IMG/VR virus record: IMGVR_UViG_3300021197_001787
Coordinates: 64,001-128,000 of that record
From: a virus
Length of the DNA stretch: 64,000 nt
Reading direction: 5' to 3' (one strand)
The translations under genes and the position numbers were made by a program. The notes beneath the pieces are model-generated. The model did no database searches, was not told the DNA's origin, and saw only the letters and a list, made by a program, of their open reading frames with translations. Below are positions 46,547 to 56,400 of this stretch, in pieces. Each line of letters begins with the position of its first letter. The first letter of the stretch is position 1.

Positions 46547-46916
46547 CTAACTCAACGCCATTGGTAATGGCGTCAATATATCCGGCGGGTACTTTTACAA
46601 CAAGTGTGCGCCACCCCATCCACTTGGGCCATATCTCATTGAAAGGGAAGGATGGATGTTGCGATTCAATAGTAGAAGCAACCTCATCCATTTCTATCTG
46701 TACCTCTAAATGATTGCCACCATCATCCGAGTTTGCGATTACTTCAAAACGTCCATCAAAATAGTTTGAAATATGTACTAACATTTCGTTAATAGCTGCC
46801 TGCTTTTCTGCCTTTTCCCCGTTGAAAAAAATGTTAGCCATGTCTAATCCCCCTATTAGTAAATAAGCATCAAAAAACGATTTAACTTTTTCAAACAAAT
46901 GTACCATATAAATCAA
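46536..46916 (-). CDS. Hypothetical protein (start uncertain)
   Basis: ORF track. Confidence 0.55.
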   Translation of the reverse strand: MIYMVHLFEKVKSFFDAYLLIGGLDMANIFFNGEKAEKQAAINEMLVHISNYFDGRFEVIANSDDGGNHLEVQIEMDEVASTIESQHPSFPFNEIWPKWMGWRTLVVKVPAGYIDAITNGVELDDY

Positions 46917-47098
46917 TCTACTTTTTGTATGGGTACAATAAAATACTTGTTAAATCTATATGTTTTGTCAGAGCCGAAAAACATAATAGTATACTCGCCG
47001 TTCTCGTTAATCTCTCCAACTACGACAGCATTGCGATTTTTAGGCATGCCCTCTTCGTGGACGCCATCTTTCAATGTAACCAAGTCACCGACTCTCAC
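46913..47098 (-). CDS. Small SH3-like family protein
   Basis: GTG start MRVGDLVTL. Confidence 0.7.
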   Translation of the reverse strand: MRVGDLVTLKDGVHEEGMPKNRNAVVVGEINENGEYTIMFFGSDKTYRFNKYFIVPIQKVD

Positions 47099-47285
47099 TA
47101 ATAACCTCCAGCTTTCCAGAGTCAACCCACCAAAGTTCTCCGTCATTAAATATAACTTGCGCTGATGTTGTGTCATGCCCTGTCTTAGAGATTTGAACCA
47201 CCAAGCCATGCTCTCTACGTGGATCAGCCTCAAACACATCTCTCTCCAGCGCACTTTCAAACTTTACTAAATCGCCGACTTTCAT
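47085..47285 (-). CDS. Small SH3-like family protein
   Basis: MKVGDLVKF..EVISESR*. Confidence 0.7.
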   Translation of the reverse strand: MKVGDLVKFESALERDVFEADPRREHGLVVQISKTGHDTTSAQVIFNDGELWWVDSGKLEVISESR

Positions 47286-47383
47286 TGCAGTATCATCCAG
47301 AAAATAGACGAAAAAATGTAGTAACTACAATAGATAAACAATGCATCAAAGAAAGTTCTAATCAAAAAACTACACACTTTCAC
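47282..47383 (-). CDS. 33-aa membrane peptide
   Basis: MKVCSFLIRTFFDALFIYCSYYIFSSIFWMILQ; coupled at both ends. Confidence 0.55.
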   Translation of the reverse strand: MKVCSFLIRTFFDALFIYCSYYIFSSIFWMILQ

Positions 47384-47552
47384 TTAGTACCTCCAGAGTC
47401 CATACCGTATTCCAATCAATCGGTTCTTCTTCCCACTCATCAAACCAGCGTACTTGTACAGTCTTTTTATCTTCAGCCATGGCCAAGACAACACCGTGTC
47501 CTAGCCATGAGTCAGGATCATTCTTCACTCTTACCAGATCGCCCACTTTCAT
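47370..47552 (-). CDS. Small SH3-like family protein
   Basis: MKVGDLVRVK..GVVL..VRW..EVLSESV*. Confidence 0.7.
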   Translation of the reverse strand: MKVGDLVRVKNDPDSWLGHGVVLAMAEDKKTVQVRWFDEWEEEPIDWNTVWTLEVLSESV

Positions 47553-47700
47553 TTATAATCTCAAAATCAAAACATTCTATGCATCTTTCGTCTATTGACT
47601 TACGGCGACACAGCTCAATGATTGCGCGCCTGTGATGCTTAATCATATTATAATGCGATTCGATGCACCTGTCAATCAGTTGTTTCTCGTATTCCTTCAT
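47518..47700 (-). CDS. Hypothetical protein
   Basis: ORF track. Confidence 0.5.
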   Translation of the reverse strand: MKEYEKQLIDRCIESHYNMIKHHRRAIIELCRRKSIDERCIECFDFEIINESGRSGKSEE

Positions 47701-47926
47701 CTTTTACATCCCTCTGACATACAATCGTGGCTTCCATATCCTCGTGCAACTTGACCACGTAGAAAACTTTACCTTCGTAAATGTCACATGGGAAAGCAGC
47801 AATGGGCATCACAGCAGTCGCGGGACCGCCGTTAGATGCAGGTGTAGTATTTAGTTCCACCGTAGCAAAATGCGTGTCGTATGAATCAATCATTCCAACT
47901 AAAATAAATGTAGTTAGCATATTCAT
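47672..47926 (-). CDS. Hypothetical protein
   Basis: ORF track. Confidence 0.55.
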   Translation of the reverse strand: MNMLTTFILVGMIDSYDTHFATVELNTTPASNGGPATAVMPIAAFPCDIYEGKVFYVVKLHEDMEATIVCQRDVKDEGIRETTD

Positions 47927-48294
47927 TTTGATTCTCCGGGTAAATCACTAAACATTTTTAGAATCAAAAACAACTCGGCAGAACATATGCCGGCAGCTTC
48001 GTACCGCGGTCCACTTTCTGAAACATCAAAATCTTCTTGTAACCACACCATCAACGTTTCAGCGGCATATGCCAACTTTTCATCAGGAACCGTCTGGGTA
48101 ATCAAGAATGTCATGTTAGCATAACGATTGTGGATCCTGCCAAACTCTTTTCTAAAGTTGTCTTGACTATCACGACAAGAATCTACGATATTTAGCAGAC
48201 GTTCGGTACCCCAAAGCCCTAAACATTCTCTCAACTCTGCGCTGTTGCGTACAGAACGCGGCAACGCTGCTTTATTTAGATAGTATTCGTTCAT
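47923..48294 (-). CDS. Hypothetical protein
   Basis: ORF track. Confidence 0.55.
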   Translation of the reverse strand: MNEYYLNKAALPRSVRNSAELRECLGLWGTERLLNIVDSCRDSQDNFRKEFGRIHNRYANMTFLITQTVPDEKLAYAAETLMVWLQEDFDVSESGPRYEAAGICSAELFLILKMFSDLPGESK

Positions 48295-48295
48295 T

Positions 48296-48475
48296 TCAAT
48301 CCTCTAACAACGCTTTTTCAATCTTTATTTTTAGATCGTTCGCTGTTAAAATGGACGCATCGCTGATATTATCCAAGACATCTTGAACTTTTTTGAGCTT
48401 CCTTTCCACTTTGAGCAACGGACTAACGACAACAATGCCGCGGCTATTATCCCGCGGGTAATCATGATAAGACAT
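48296..48475 (-). CDS. 59-aa coiled-coil protein
   Basis: Below cutoff; MSYHDYPRD..; AGGA RBS. Confidence 0.55.
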   Translation of the reverse strand: MSYHDYPRDNSRGIVVVSPLLKVERKLKKVQDVLDNISDASILTANDLKIKIEKALLED

Positions 48476-48549
48476 TTGATTCCTTTTTATTAAAAATATA
48501 GTACCATATTTGTTTGAACATTTTAATTTTTTCTTTTCTTTTCTTTGAA

Positions 48550-48625
48550 TGGCTGCCCCTCACGGACTTGAACCGTGGACCCAGCGATTAACAGTCGCTT
48601 GCTCTGCCAACTGAGCTAAGGGGCA
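48550..48625 (-). tRNA. tRNA-Asn(GTT)
   Basis: Cloverleaf, CT-GTT-AA, CCA. Confidence 0.93.
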
Positions 48626-48629
48626 ATGA

Positions 48630-48705
48630 TGGTACGGGAGGCAGGACTTGAACCTGCGACAAATCGCATATAAGACGACTGCTCTTACCACTGAGCTACA
48701 CCCGT
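48630..48705 (-). tRNA. tRNA-Ile(TAT)
   Basis: Cloverleaf, CT-TAT-AT loop, CCA. Confidence 0.88.
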
Positions 48706-48706
48706 A

Positions 48707-48783
48707 TGGTACACCCTGTTGGACTTGAACCAACGGCCCTCGGCTTAGAAGGCCGATGCTCTATCCAACTGAGCTAAGGATGC
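48707..48783 (-). tRNA. tRNA-Arg(TCT)
   Basis: Cloverleaf, CT-TCT-AA, CCA. Confidence 0.93.
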
Positions 48784-48808
48784 ATACTACTATTATAATC
48801 TCTTTCGA

Positions 48809-49198
48809 TTACTTTGTCAATGGCTTTTCTGCTAAAATAGAATACTTTAACGTAGGTGAAACATTGGAGTACTCAAACTTGTCGAAATCATATTCTTTAC
48901 GATCCTTGAAGGTGTGACCAATAACAAACACTTTGCCAACCAGATCACTCTCGGGATCGGTCACAGTCCAAAAAGTATGTTTCATACCTCGCTCACGGTG
49001 AGTGCAAGAAACCCCAGTCCCTTTGGGAATCACACCAGCATGCCAAAACTGTGACACATTACCATCCCCATCACGCCAATAGTGGGGAATGCTGGTTGCG
49101 GCTGTGATAGTCTCAAACATTTCAAGGTTGATAAACGGAACTTCCGCATCGTTGCGAAAGAAACCGACAGTGTGTCTTTTAACTTTTTCTTGTTTCAT
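48809..49198 (-). CDS. Hypothetical protein
   Basis: Start moved to MKQEK to limit overlap. Confidence 0.6.
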   Translation of the reverse strand: MKQEKVKRHTVGFFRNDAEVPFINLEMFETITAATSIPHYWRDGDGNVSQFWHAGVIPKGTGVSCTHRERGMKHTFWTVTDPESDLVGKVFVIGHTFKDRKEYDFDKFEYSNVSPTLKYSILAEKPLTK

Positions 49199-49373
49199 CA
49201 ATGTCGCTCTTGAAGTAGATGATGTTGCTACCCGGATACATTGCCAGTGGCTCGGCTCCCGGCTTTGCGTAGTTCTCCACGAAGTCAGCCCAAGCATGGT
49301 TTTTGTCATGCTTAGAGGCGAAGGTGAAGGTTGAAAGTCGTTCGTTTATTTTATAGATGATGGTGTAAACCAT
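49179..49373 (-). CDS. Hypothetical protein
   Basis: AGGAG RBS. Confidence 0.6.
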   Translation of the reverse strand: MVYTIIYKINERLSTFTFASKHDKNHAWADFVENYAKPGAEPLAMYPGSNIIYFKSDIDETRKS

Positions 49374-49389
49374 TGTTTTCTCCTGTGAA

Positions 49390-49466
49390 TGGTAGGCTCT
49401 CTCGGGCTTGAACCGAGGACCACCCCGTTATGAGCGGGACGCTCTGACCAACTGAGCTAAGAGCCT
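49390..49466 (-). tRNA. tRNA with CAT anticodon (elongator Met or Ile2)
   Basis: Cloverleaf, CT-CAT-AA, CCA; lacks initiator features. Confidence 0.9.
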
Positions 49467-49474
49467 ATGTGAAA

Positions 49475-49551
49475 TGGTGGGTGATCTGGGACTCGAACCC
49501 AGGGCCTGCGGATTAAAAGTCCGATGCTCTAACCAACTGAGCTAATCACCC
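49475..49551 (-). tRNA. tRNA-Lys(TTT)
   Basis: Cloverleaf, CT-TTT-AA, CCA. Confidence 0.93.
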
Positions 49552-49811
49552 TCTTGCTTTATTTTCCTACCATATGTATCGTAACCCTTGAGTTCCATCT
49601 CAAGCTTTTTTAGTTCTGCTAGACGTAAGCTATTCTTCCAAACCAGCATTGCGTATTGATAGCAGTCATGGTTTTGACTATGATTATGTTCCAATCCGCG
49701 ATCCCTAATGCGGTTCTGGGTTTCTTTAGTTACCTTTGCTAGAGAAACAAGATTAACTTCAATCTCCTTCAGTGCCGCTAACTGTGCATGCCAGATTTTA
49801 TCCTTATCCAT
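49542..49811 (-). CDS. Hypothetical coiled-coil protein
   Basis: ORF track; 3' end overlaps tRNA-Lys 5' end. Confidence 0.55.
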   Translation of the reverse strand: MDKDKIWHAQLAALKEIEVNLVSLAKVTKETQNRIRDRGLEHNHSQNHDCYQYAMLVWKNSLRLAELKKLEMELKGYDTYGRKIKQEGD

Positions 49812-49848
49812 GGTTGTATCATAACTGAATTTGGAACGACTGTCAAGT

Positions 49849-50112
49849 TTATTCTCTAAGTTTAGTTTTTAAGATTTTTGATCCCGACGTACCACTGCGG
49901 AATTTAACAATGACATCAACAGACCCCTTGAGAGTGTTTCGTAGGTCTTTTAATGACGGGGCGCGCCAACCGTCCGCTGTTAGCATATAAACATCCCTGT
50001 GGCCATTGTTGGATAGTTTAAGGGCATCGCGATAAACCGCCTTTAAGGATGAATATACTCCCTCAAAATTATCATTGTTGTCAAATAAGCAATATGTGTA
50101 GATATTAGTCAT
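49849..50112 (-). CDS. Hypothetical protein
   Basis: ORF track. Confidence 0.55.
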   Translation of the reverse strand: MTNIYTYCLFDNNDNFEGVYSSLKAVYRDALKLSNNGHRDVYMLTADGWRAPSLKDLRNTLKGSVDVIVKFRSGTSGSKILKTKLRE

Positions 50113-50266
50113 TTTTTTCTGTGCTTAAATCTTTCAGTACAGAGGTTAGGAACTCTTCTTGTATCTTGCAGTCTAAAAGTTCTTTTCTAATTTTTGCTTC
50201 TCTGTCTTTGAGTATTTCCAACTGTATGAAGCAGAACTGTTTTACTTTCTCAATTTTTTGATTCAC
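50105..50266 (-). CDS. 53-aa coiled-coil protein
   Basis: Below cutoff; GTGA-coupled. Confidence 0.5.
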   Translation of the reverse strand: MNQKIEKVKQFCFIQLEILKDREAKIRKELLDCKIQEEFLTSVLKDLSTEKND

Positions 50267-50502
50267 TTTTTACCGCCGCCACAACCTTTGCACTTTGACT
50301 TAACTTGTTTCTTAAATTCTTTTTTAGTAATAATAATTTTTTTGAAATTGGAGAGTATGTCTTCAAGGAACCTACCATTTTCAAAGGCGCGGACGTTATC
50401 ATCTACTACAGCAGCACACACAACTATTGAATTGCGCGGAGAATATAAAAGCATCTCGCCCGGTCTTATGTTGCTTTTTTCTGATATTTCTTCAAATTCC
50501 AT
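50263..50502 (-). CDS. Hypothetical protein
   Basis: Coupled; C-term CKGCGG. Confidence 0.55.
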   Translation of the reverse strand: MEFEEISEKSNIRPGEMLLYSPRNSIVVCAAVVDDNVRAFENGRFLEDILSNFKKIIITKKEFKKQVKSKCKGCGGGKK

Positions 50503-51401
50503 CAGTCATCCAACGTATTCATTTGGTCATATGAATTATACTTCAATTTAGTCAGTTTGTTAAGCACCTTGGCGCGCCGAAGCATCTTAAAAGCAATGTT
50601 TTCTGGTGAGAACTCCATCAGCTCACTTTCAAGGCCGGCCGATCTCATGTTGCGTATTTTTGTTTTAAGTCGCTCCACGTTTCGCATGACTTTCTCATAC
50701 TCTGACTCATCATATAGTTTCTCAATGGCTGTCGCCTGATCATTAACATCATTTGCTTTTTTGCGCGCTGTCTCAACATCAATGTTTTGTTCAACATACT
50801 CGGGGTGTCTAATCCACTCATCTCTCATTAACGAGTAAACGCCGGTAGAGCGATGGTCTTCGCCGCTATTTTCAACATAAATTTCAACGTCGTAGTCCTT
50901 GATGGTTATATCATGCACATCATTCCACCTCATTCTTTGGGCGTCAAAAAAACCTTTAACTAATTCTTCGTTCTCATCAATCATTTCAAAATTAACAATT
51001 ACGTGAAGGTCCACATCAGAAAACTTTGACCAGTTATAATTTGCCAAAGAGCCGGTAAGGGTAATATCGTCTACTTTAACTTTGATAGGAAGACCTTCTA
51101 TGAAGTCATTGGCTATTTTCAAAAGTTTCTTTTTTATCTCTGGTTCCATCTTTTCACCATTCCAGATTTGTGGATCCAGTTCTTCGTGAATCTTGAACGC
51201 ATCAACATCAACTTCAAGCTCTTCCTCAAGTTGTTTGTCAAAAGTTACATGAGTACCCATCTTTTTGGTGTACGGCGGTGAATTTTTGTTGCCGCCCTTA
51301 CCAAGCATCTTGTTTCTGTCAGCCAGATAGGTTCTAATCCGATTTTTAAAGCTGTTGGCTTCATCAATAGAGGCCAAGTAATCATTCCATTCTTTCATCA
51401 T
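50502..51401 (-). CDS. Pol-beta superfamily nucleotidyltransferase
   Basis: LTGSLANYNWSKFSDVDLH..YDVEIY. Confidence 0.8.
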   Translation of the reverse strand: MMKEWNDYLASIDEANSFKNRIRTYLADRNKMLGKGGNKNSPPYTKKMGTHVTFDKQLEEELEVDVDAFKIHEELDPQIWNGEKMEPEIKKKLLKIANDFIEGLPIKVKVDDITLTGSLANYNWSKFSDVDLHVIVNFEMIDENEELVKGFFDAQRMRWNDVHDITIKDYDVEIYVENSGEDHRSTGVYSLMRDEWIRHPEYVEQNIDVETARKKANDVNDQATAIEKLYDESEYEKVMRNVERLKTKIRNMRSAGLESELMEFSPENIAFKMLRRAKVLNKLTKLKYNSYDQMNTLDD

Positions 51402-51432
51402 ACTATAAATAGTTCTTAATCACCCATATGCA

Positions 51433-52260
51433 TCACGGAGGGTTAATATACTCTGCTATTTTCCACCAACCAGAGTTATCTGATTGTAGTGTAAGGGAGC
51501 CGCCGGCGGCAACACCCACTAAACTTGTTGAGCCTTCAATTTGCTCTGATCCGTGAGCATCAATATTGACTGAGTTGACGGACGAATCAACTCGCTTGAC
51601 TACATAGAGGCGACCAGCACAACCAACTGCTGTCGGGAGCGTAATCGTCACATTACCACCAGAACAATTCACTAAAACAGTGTGATCACTATCTGTCAGT
51701 GTATAATCCTGCTGTTTGAATACGATTGCTGTGGCGAATGATGAGTTTACATGAAGGCCGCTGCCGGGAGTGGAGTTATTAACCCCGATCTTGTCAGCAC
51801 TTCCATCGACAAATAACATATGAGTCTTGTTGTCAGATTCCACTCGGAAGTCCACAAGCGAGTCAGAAGTTTGATTCACGACAACCTCGGGAACAGCCCC
51901 GTCTAAACGGAATCCTTCTTTTACAGTCCCCTGATCGTTAACTTTGAAAACAATGTGCTTGTTTATTGTCTTGTTTTCAATCACGATATTGTCAGAATTG
52001 TTGATCCCGATTGTAGCCATGTCAGTACCATTCTCTTCAAAAAGAATAGTGGCCTCAGTAGCATTTAATGTTAAGATTTCAGCGGGAGATATTGTACCAA
52101 CACCAATGGCGGTCGCCGTAGCGTGTAATATCTGTGAGCCGCTGGGACGCAGGGTTATGGTGTCTTGCCCAAAGTCAATATATGTGGGTTCACCCTCACG
52201 ATCATCTTCATAATAAATATCGCCCTTGCGAATGCTACCTGATGAATACTTATAAGACAT
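51433..52260 (-). CDS. Virion structural or tail-fibre-like protein
   Basis: Beta-rich Gly/Thr sequence; DYTLTDSDHTVLVN..TITLP..GRLYVVKR. Confidence 0.6.
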   Translation of the reverse strand: MSYKYSSGSIRKGDIYYEDDREGEPTYIDFGQDTITLRPSGSQILHATATAIGVGTISPAEILTLNATEATILFEENGTDMATIGINNSDNIVIENKTINKHIVFKVNDQGTVKEGFRLDGAVPEVVVNQTSDSLVDFRVESDNKTHMLFVDGSADKIGVNNSTPGSGLHVNSSFATAIVFKQQDYTLTDSDHTVLVNCSGGNVTITLPTAVGCAGRLYVVKRVDSSVNSVNIDAHGSEQIEGSTSLVGVAAGGSLTLQSDNSGWWKIAEYINPP

Positions 52261-52262
52261 GT

Positions 52263-52607
52263 CTATCCTCCATCATAAATAGTCTGCTCGCCATCTTCAA
52301 ACGTAAGAATTGTTTTATTAGAAGGGTGAGGTTTTATATGTACTTTCTCAAAATCCTGAAGGGAATCGAAGATTGCTAGCCCGCCGCGCGGGGGAGGATA
52401 AAGCCAGTGAATGATACAATGGCCTGACGCCAGCAAGACACCTTCAATGACAACACCCTCGCCAGAAACACCGGTTTCATCTTTTTGGCGGCATACAGTA
52501 AATGTTCTAATGCCGCGGGGCGCCAATCTTGGTGGTGGTTTCGGCTTTAAATCTGGTGGCGGTGATGATTCTTCATCAAGGCTTTCTGTTTTTTCTTTCT
52601 TCGTCAC
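52263..52607 (-). CDS. Hypothetical protein
   Basis: DETGVSGEGVVIEGV motif. Confidence 0.6.
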   Translation of the reverse strand: MTKKEKTESLDEESSPPPDLKPKPPPRLAPRGIRTFTVCRQKDETGVSGEGVVIEGVLLASGHCIIHWLYPPPRGGLAIFDSLQDFEKVHIKPHPSNKTILTFEDGEQTIYDGG

Positions 52608-52670
52608 TCTTTATTTCTCCTAAAGTATTAACATCATTGATTTTATCATATAAAAGTTATATTAAAAATC

Positions 52671-53441
52671 TTATTTATGTAACGCGGTAGACCAGTCAAC
52701 ATTGTAAACTGGTATTACAATAAGTAGGTTTTCTAGAACGTCAACGCCATATTGTGTTGTACCCACGTCTAAAGCCATAATAATACCAATGAGTTTACCC
52801 TTGCTATTAAAGACACCAGAGCCAGATGATCCAGTCCATGCATAAGAATTTAAAAATATATAACCGTTATCGGTAAAGCCAGAGATCGTACCCGCAAATG
52901 AAAGAGGGCCAATGTTATTAGGATAACCGGTATAAAACATTTTGTCAAGTAATTTTGGAAATTTATTACGCCGGAACTCAACTGAATTTAATACCGATAA
53001 TGGCTTTCTGTCTTCTAAGCGCTCAACTTCAATAATAGCATAATCAATTTGCCGATCAATTAAGATATATTCTAAACAATTAGATGTATTATTAAAGTAA
53101 GTTACGATTAAATCTTCGCATGAGCCAACAATGGCGTGCGAAACTGTTAAAACGTAATAGCGCCCAAGATAAACAAAATATGTACCCGTAGCAAGGGAGA
53201 TTCCTTCCCCTGTCTCATCAACAGACATGACCCGAACAGCCGAATCAACTGAGCTTTTTAATGACTTTTTCTCACTAATTGAATACAGTTTTGATATATT
53301 ATTTGATTCTGATAAACTTTTTTTAATCTGACGATTATTAATATTTATTTTCTGCATATTCGCAGAGAATGACGCGATGAAACCAAGAGCAAATAATGCT
53401 AATGACGCGATCATAACTCTTATTATTCTTGGTTTTAGCAT
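52671..53441 (-). CDS. Trypsin-like serine protease with N-terminal TM/signal
   Basis: LTVSH, DYAII, GYP, GSSGSGVF. Confidence 0.85.
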   Translation of the reverse strand: MLKPRIIRVMIASLALFALGFIASFSANMQKININNRQIKKSLSESNNISKLYSISEKKSLKSSVDSAVRVMSVDETGEGISLATGTYFVYLGRYYVLTVSHAIVGSCEDLIVTYFNNTSNCLEYILIDRQIDYAIIEVERLEDRKPLSVLNSVEFRRNKFPKLLDKMFYTGYPNNIGPLSFAGTISGFTDNGYIFLNSYAWTGSSGSGVFNSKGKLIGIIMALDVGTTQYGVDVLENLLIVIPVYNVDWSTALHK

Positions 53442-53466
53442 GAACTGCCCCTATAGTATATATTTG

Positions 53467-56400
53467 CTAAACTTGTTTTTGGTAACTAAAGAATACCGGT
53501 AGTTCCTCTAATCCGGATTTCATAGCATACCAAACATCATCCTCGTTGCCAGTAATCTTAATTCTTCCGTTCTGTCCTACAGCAACGTATACAGGGGTTT
53601 GGGGGCCATTTTTAATAAAATTCTTGTATCCACCATCGAAAGCATCACCGGGCGCCCGGAATACTCTTGAGCAATACGGTTTTAGCTCACTTACTGGCAC
53701 CATAACATGGTAACCCATATTTTGTGTATTCATGGGCATATCATATGCCATTACTCCTCCGTCCATCCAATCTTGTGCTACTTTCTGTACCGACATGCGA
53801 GGGGTAGGTTGGGGTCTTCCGTTTCTAGCATTGAGAGCGTTGTTCAAGCCAGCATTAGCTTCCCTGATTTTTTTCACTTCTTCTGGGAAGCTGTAACCAG
53901 CAGGGCCTATATTTAAACCAGCGATTCCCCTTATATATGGCAAAAATAACTGTTCTATGTAAATCTTACGAGCTTCTTGTGCCTTGAGAACAAACTTAAG
54001 ACTAAGAAGGGCCATGGTTTTACCAGCCACCTTGCGGGTGCTAATTGTTTGAACAGTTGTCACGCCCTTGCACCCACGAATTACATCTTTGTAATCCTCA
54101 ATTGATGATTTTTGAGTTGTCTCTAACGATAGTTCAATATGCATCTTATAACGTCTAACCTCAATTAATTCATTTAATAAATTATCAATCCTGTCAATCT
54201 GCTGCTCTACACTTTCGTTCTGAACGCCACCATAGCTCTGTACAACAGAGGCCGGCGCCCTCATTCGTCTCAACTGCTCCTGAACATATGCGTCCCAACT
54301 ATATGGCTTGCCGGCATCATCTCCCTCGGGTTCAATGTCTCCATTGCGAGCCATATTAAATCGCTGGTTTCTTATCGGCGAGATATATTGATACCAAGCT
54401 ACATGCTTCTCTGCTTCGCTCATCTGCTCAAAGTTTTGATTGATCCATGTAGCGATCATTATGGCGCGCCGAGCCAAGTCATTGCCCTCCGCACGGCCGG
54501 TGTACATACTATCAATGTTTCTGATGGCTGCAAGCACCGCCTTTCCTGACATCACATCGGCCTTGGTTGCTTCTGCCAGAGAGACAGAGCCTTCAAGTGC
54601 TGTGTTAATAGTCTCTTTGGCGGCATCCATAACCAACTGAGGGTTCGCGTTAAAGTATCTTACGATGTCTTTGACTGTCTGGACCTCTTCTGGTGATGCG
54701 CTGCTGTCTACACCGATGGTATAGCGCCAGCCAATAGGCATCACGGGATATGCACCAGAACCTTGACCTCTGTTATTGTAGCTTGCGGCGCCTACGACAA
54801 CAAAGCGCGAGTCTTTTGCTAAGACAATCGGTACATGTTTGGCTGCATACTTGTCACCGAAGGGCAATTGCTTTTGTCCTGCGGCATTAGCTTGCTTGGT
54901 TTTCTTATACATCCTCTCCAGTGATCTCGCCATATTGCGGTCTAGGTCGGGGCTTCCGTAGCGGGCCACAGAGCGCGCGAATCCGGGGGCCGCGGCTCCG
55001 AAGGCGCGGGAATACAAGTGATCTATGTGGCCAGAGTCCGGGTTTTGCCCCCACATCTTCAATATCATCGGCATATCGCCGTATTCGACAAGCGTGTCGG
55101 CGCTGCTTTCAGGACGGAACCAAAACTCTAGCCCTGACTTGTCAGTGTAGATGTTCCAGTGATCTAATTCATACTCACTCATCTCACCGCGATCACGATC
55201 ATAAGCTGTCTTAACTGAGTAGCCTTCTTGTGCAAGTTTGGTTCTTATCTCTTCTTTGATCTCGCTGTACTTCTCTTCAAATCCCGTTTGTACTTCTGAG
55301 GCAAAGTTCTCTGCTATGCGTCGAGCATCATCTTCGTCTTCCACGGCATCGTATTCGTAACAGCGGAAGCTAACTATAAGGTGTGCGGTTGCTGGATAGT
55401 CTGGGTCTATGTCTTCATCGTCTGGCTGGGCGCCTGTGAGCATTTTAACTTCCCACTCAACCTCGGTTTCTCCGGGGAGATGGTAACCAATCTCATCTAG
55501 ATCTAGTTCGCTCGTAAAGTCTCTTGCTTCGCCTCCCCAAGTGTTCTCGGGTATCGTTTCGTATCTGTCGTCCTGCGTGGTGTCATCAGCTGCTATCGTG
55601 GGCGTGTACTCATTGTTTCTAAGCTCAAATCCTGGCCAACCCAAGTTAATCTCCAAGCTACCATCGCCGTTCATTTGTACGGAATAGTAATCGCCACCGT
55701 GGTCTTCTGGTCCCGACAGTTCTCCGTAGATGCTTGAGTTCTCGCCGTCGTAGTCGTTGACAACCTCGTCTATCGCCTCTTGGATTGCGTCTTCGTCAAC
55801 TGCGCCTGTGAAGTTCACATCGCGGTTGCGTGTTTGCAGATACTCTATCATCTCTCGGAAGCCTTCTTCATCGTTAGAGTGTTCGCCTGTTTCTTGAACG
55901 CTGCTGATGTCGAAATTTCTGATGAACCATTCAATGTGATCCCACATTTCGTAAGGAGGTGCGTCATTAGAGCGTCCTTTGATCTGGTAAAGCGTATCGC
56001 TATCCCAAGTCATCGTGACATAGGACGAGGATGCCTTGCGCTTGCCTTGGCGCTTGCGGAGGGACACTAATACGCCGCGAGAGTCAGAGCCGCAGTGTCC
56101 CATTCGCTCGCCCTCTACGGAGCAGTTAGACACCTGTAAGTTGTACCAGTACGAGCCGTCATCAAAAGTGTGGAGGATGTTGTCTGGATCTTCTTGGTTT
56201 TCCAAGTCTTGCATGGCGGTATTGTAGGCGTTGTCAATATCATCGCCCTTGATCAACTCATAGTTCGCTGGCTCGTCGTTGAGCCAAGAGAACAACTCGT
56301 TATACCTGCCCCAGTATACTCTCCACTGAGCCAACATGTTACGCTGTAACTCATCTTTTACAACCTCAACCTTCTCGGAAGGCAAGCCTGCTTTACTTAG

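Noticed and set aside
33419-47552. Diversity-generating retroelement behind the paralogue family
   Set aside because: No reverse transcriptase and no TR/VR pair with adenine-specific differences was seen.
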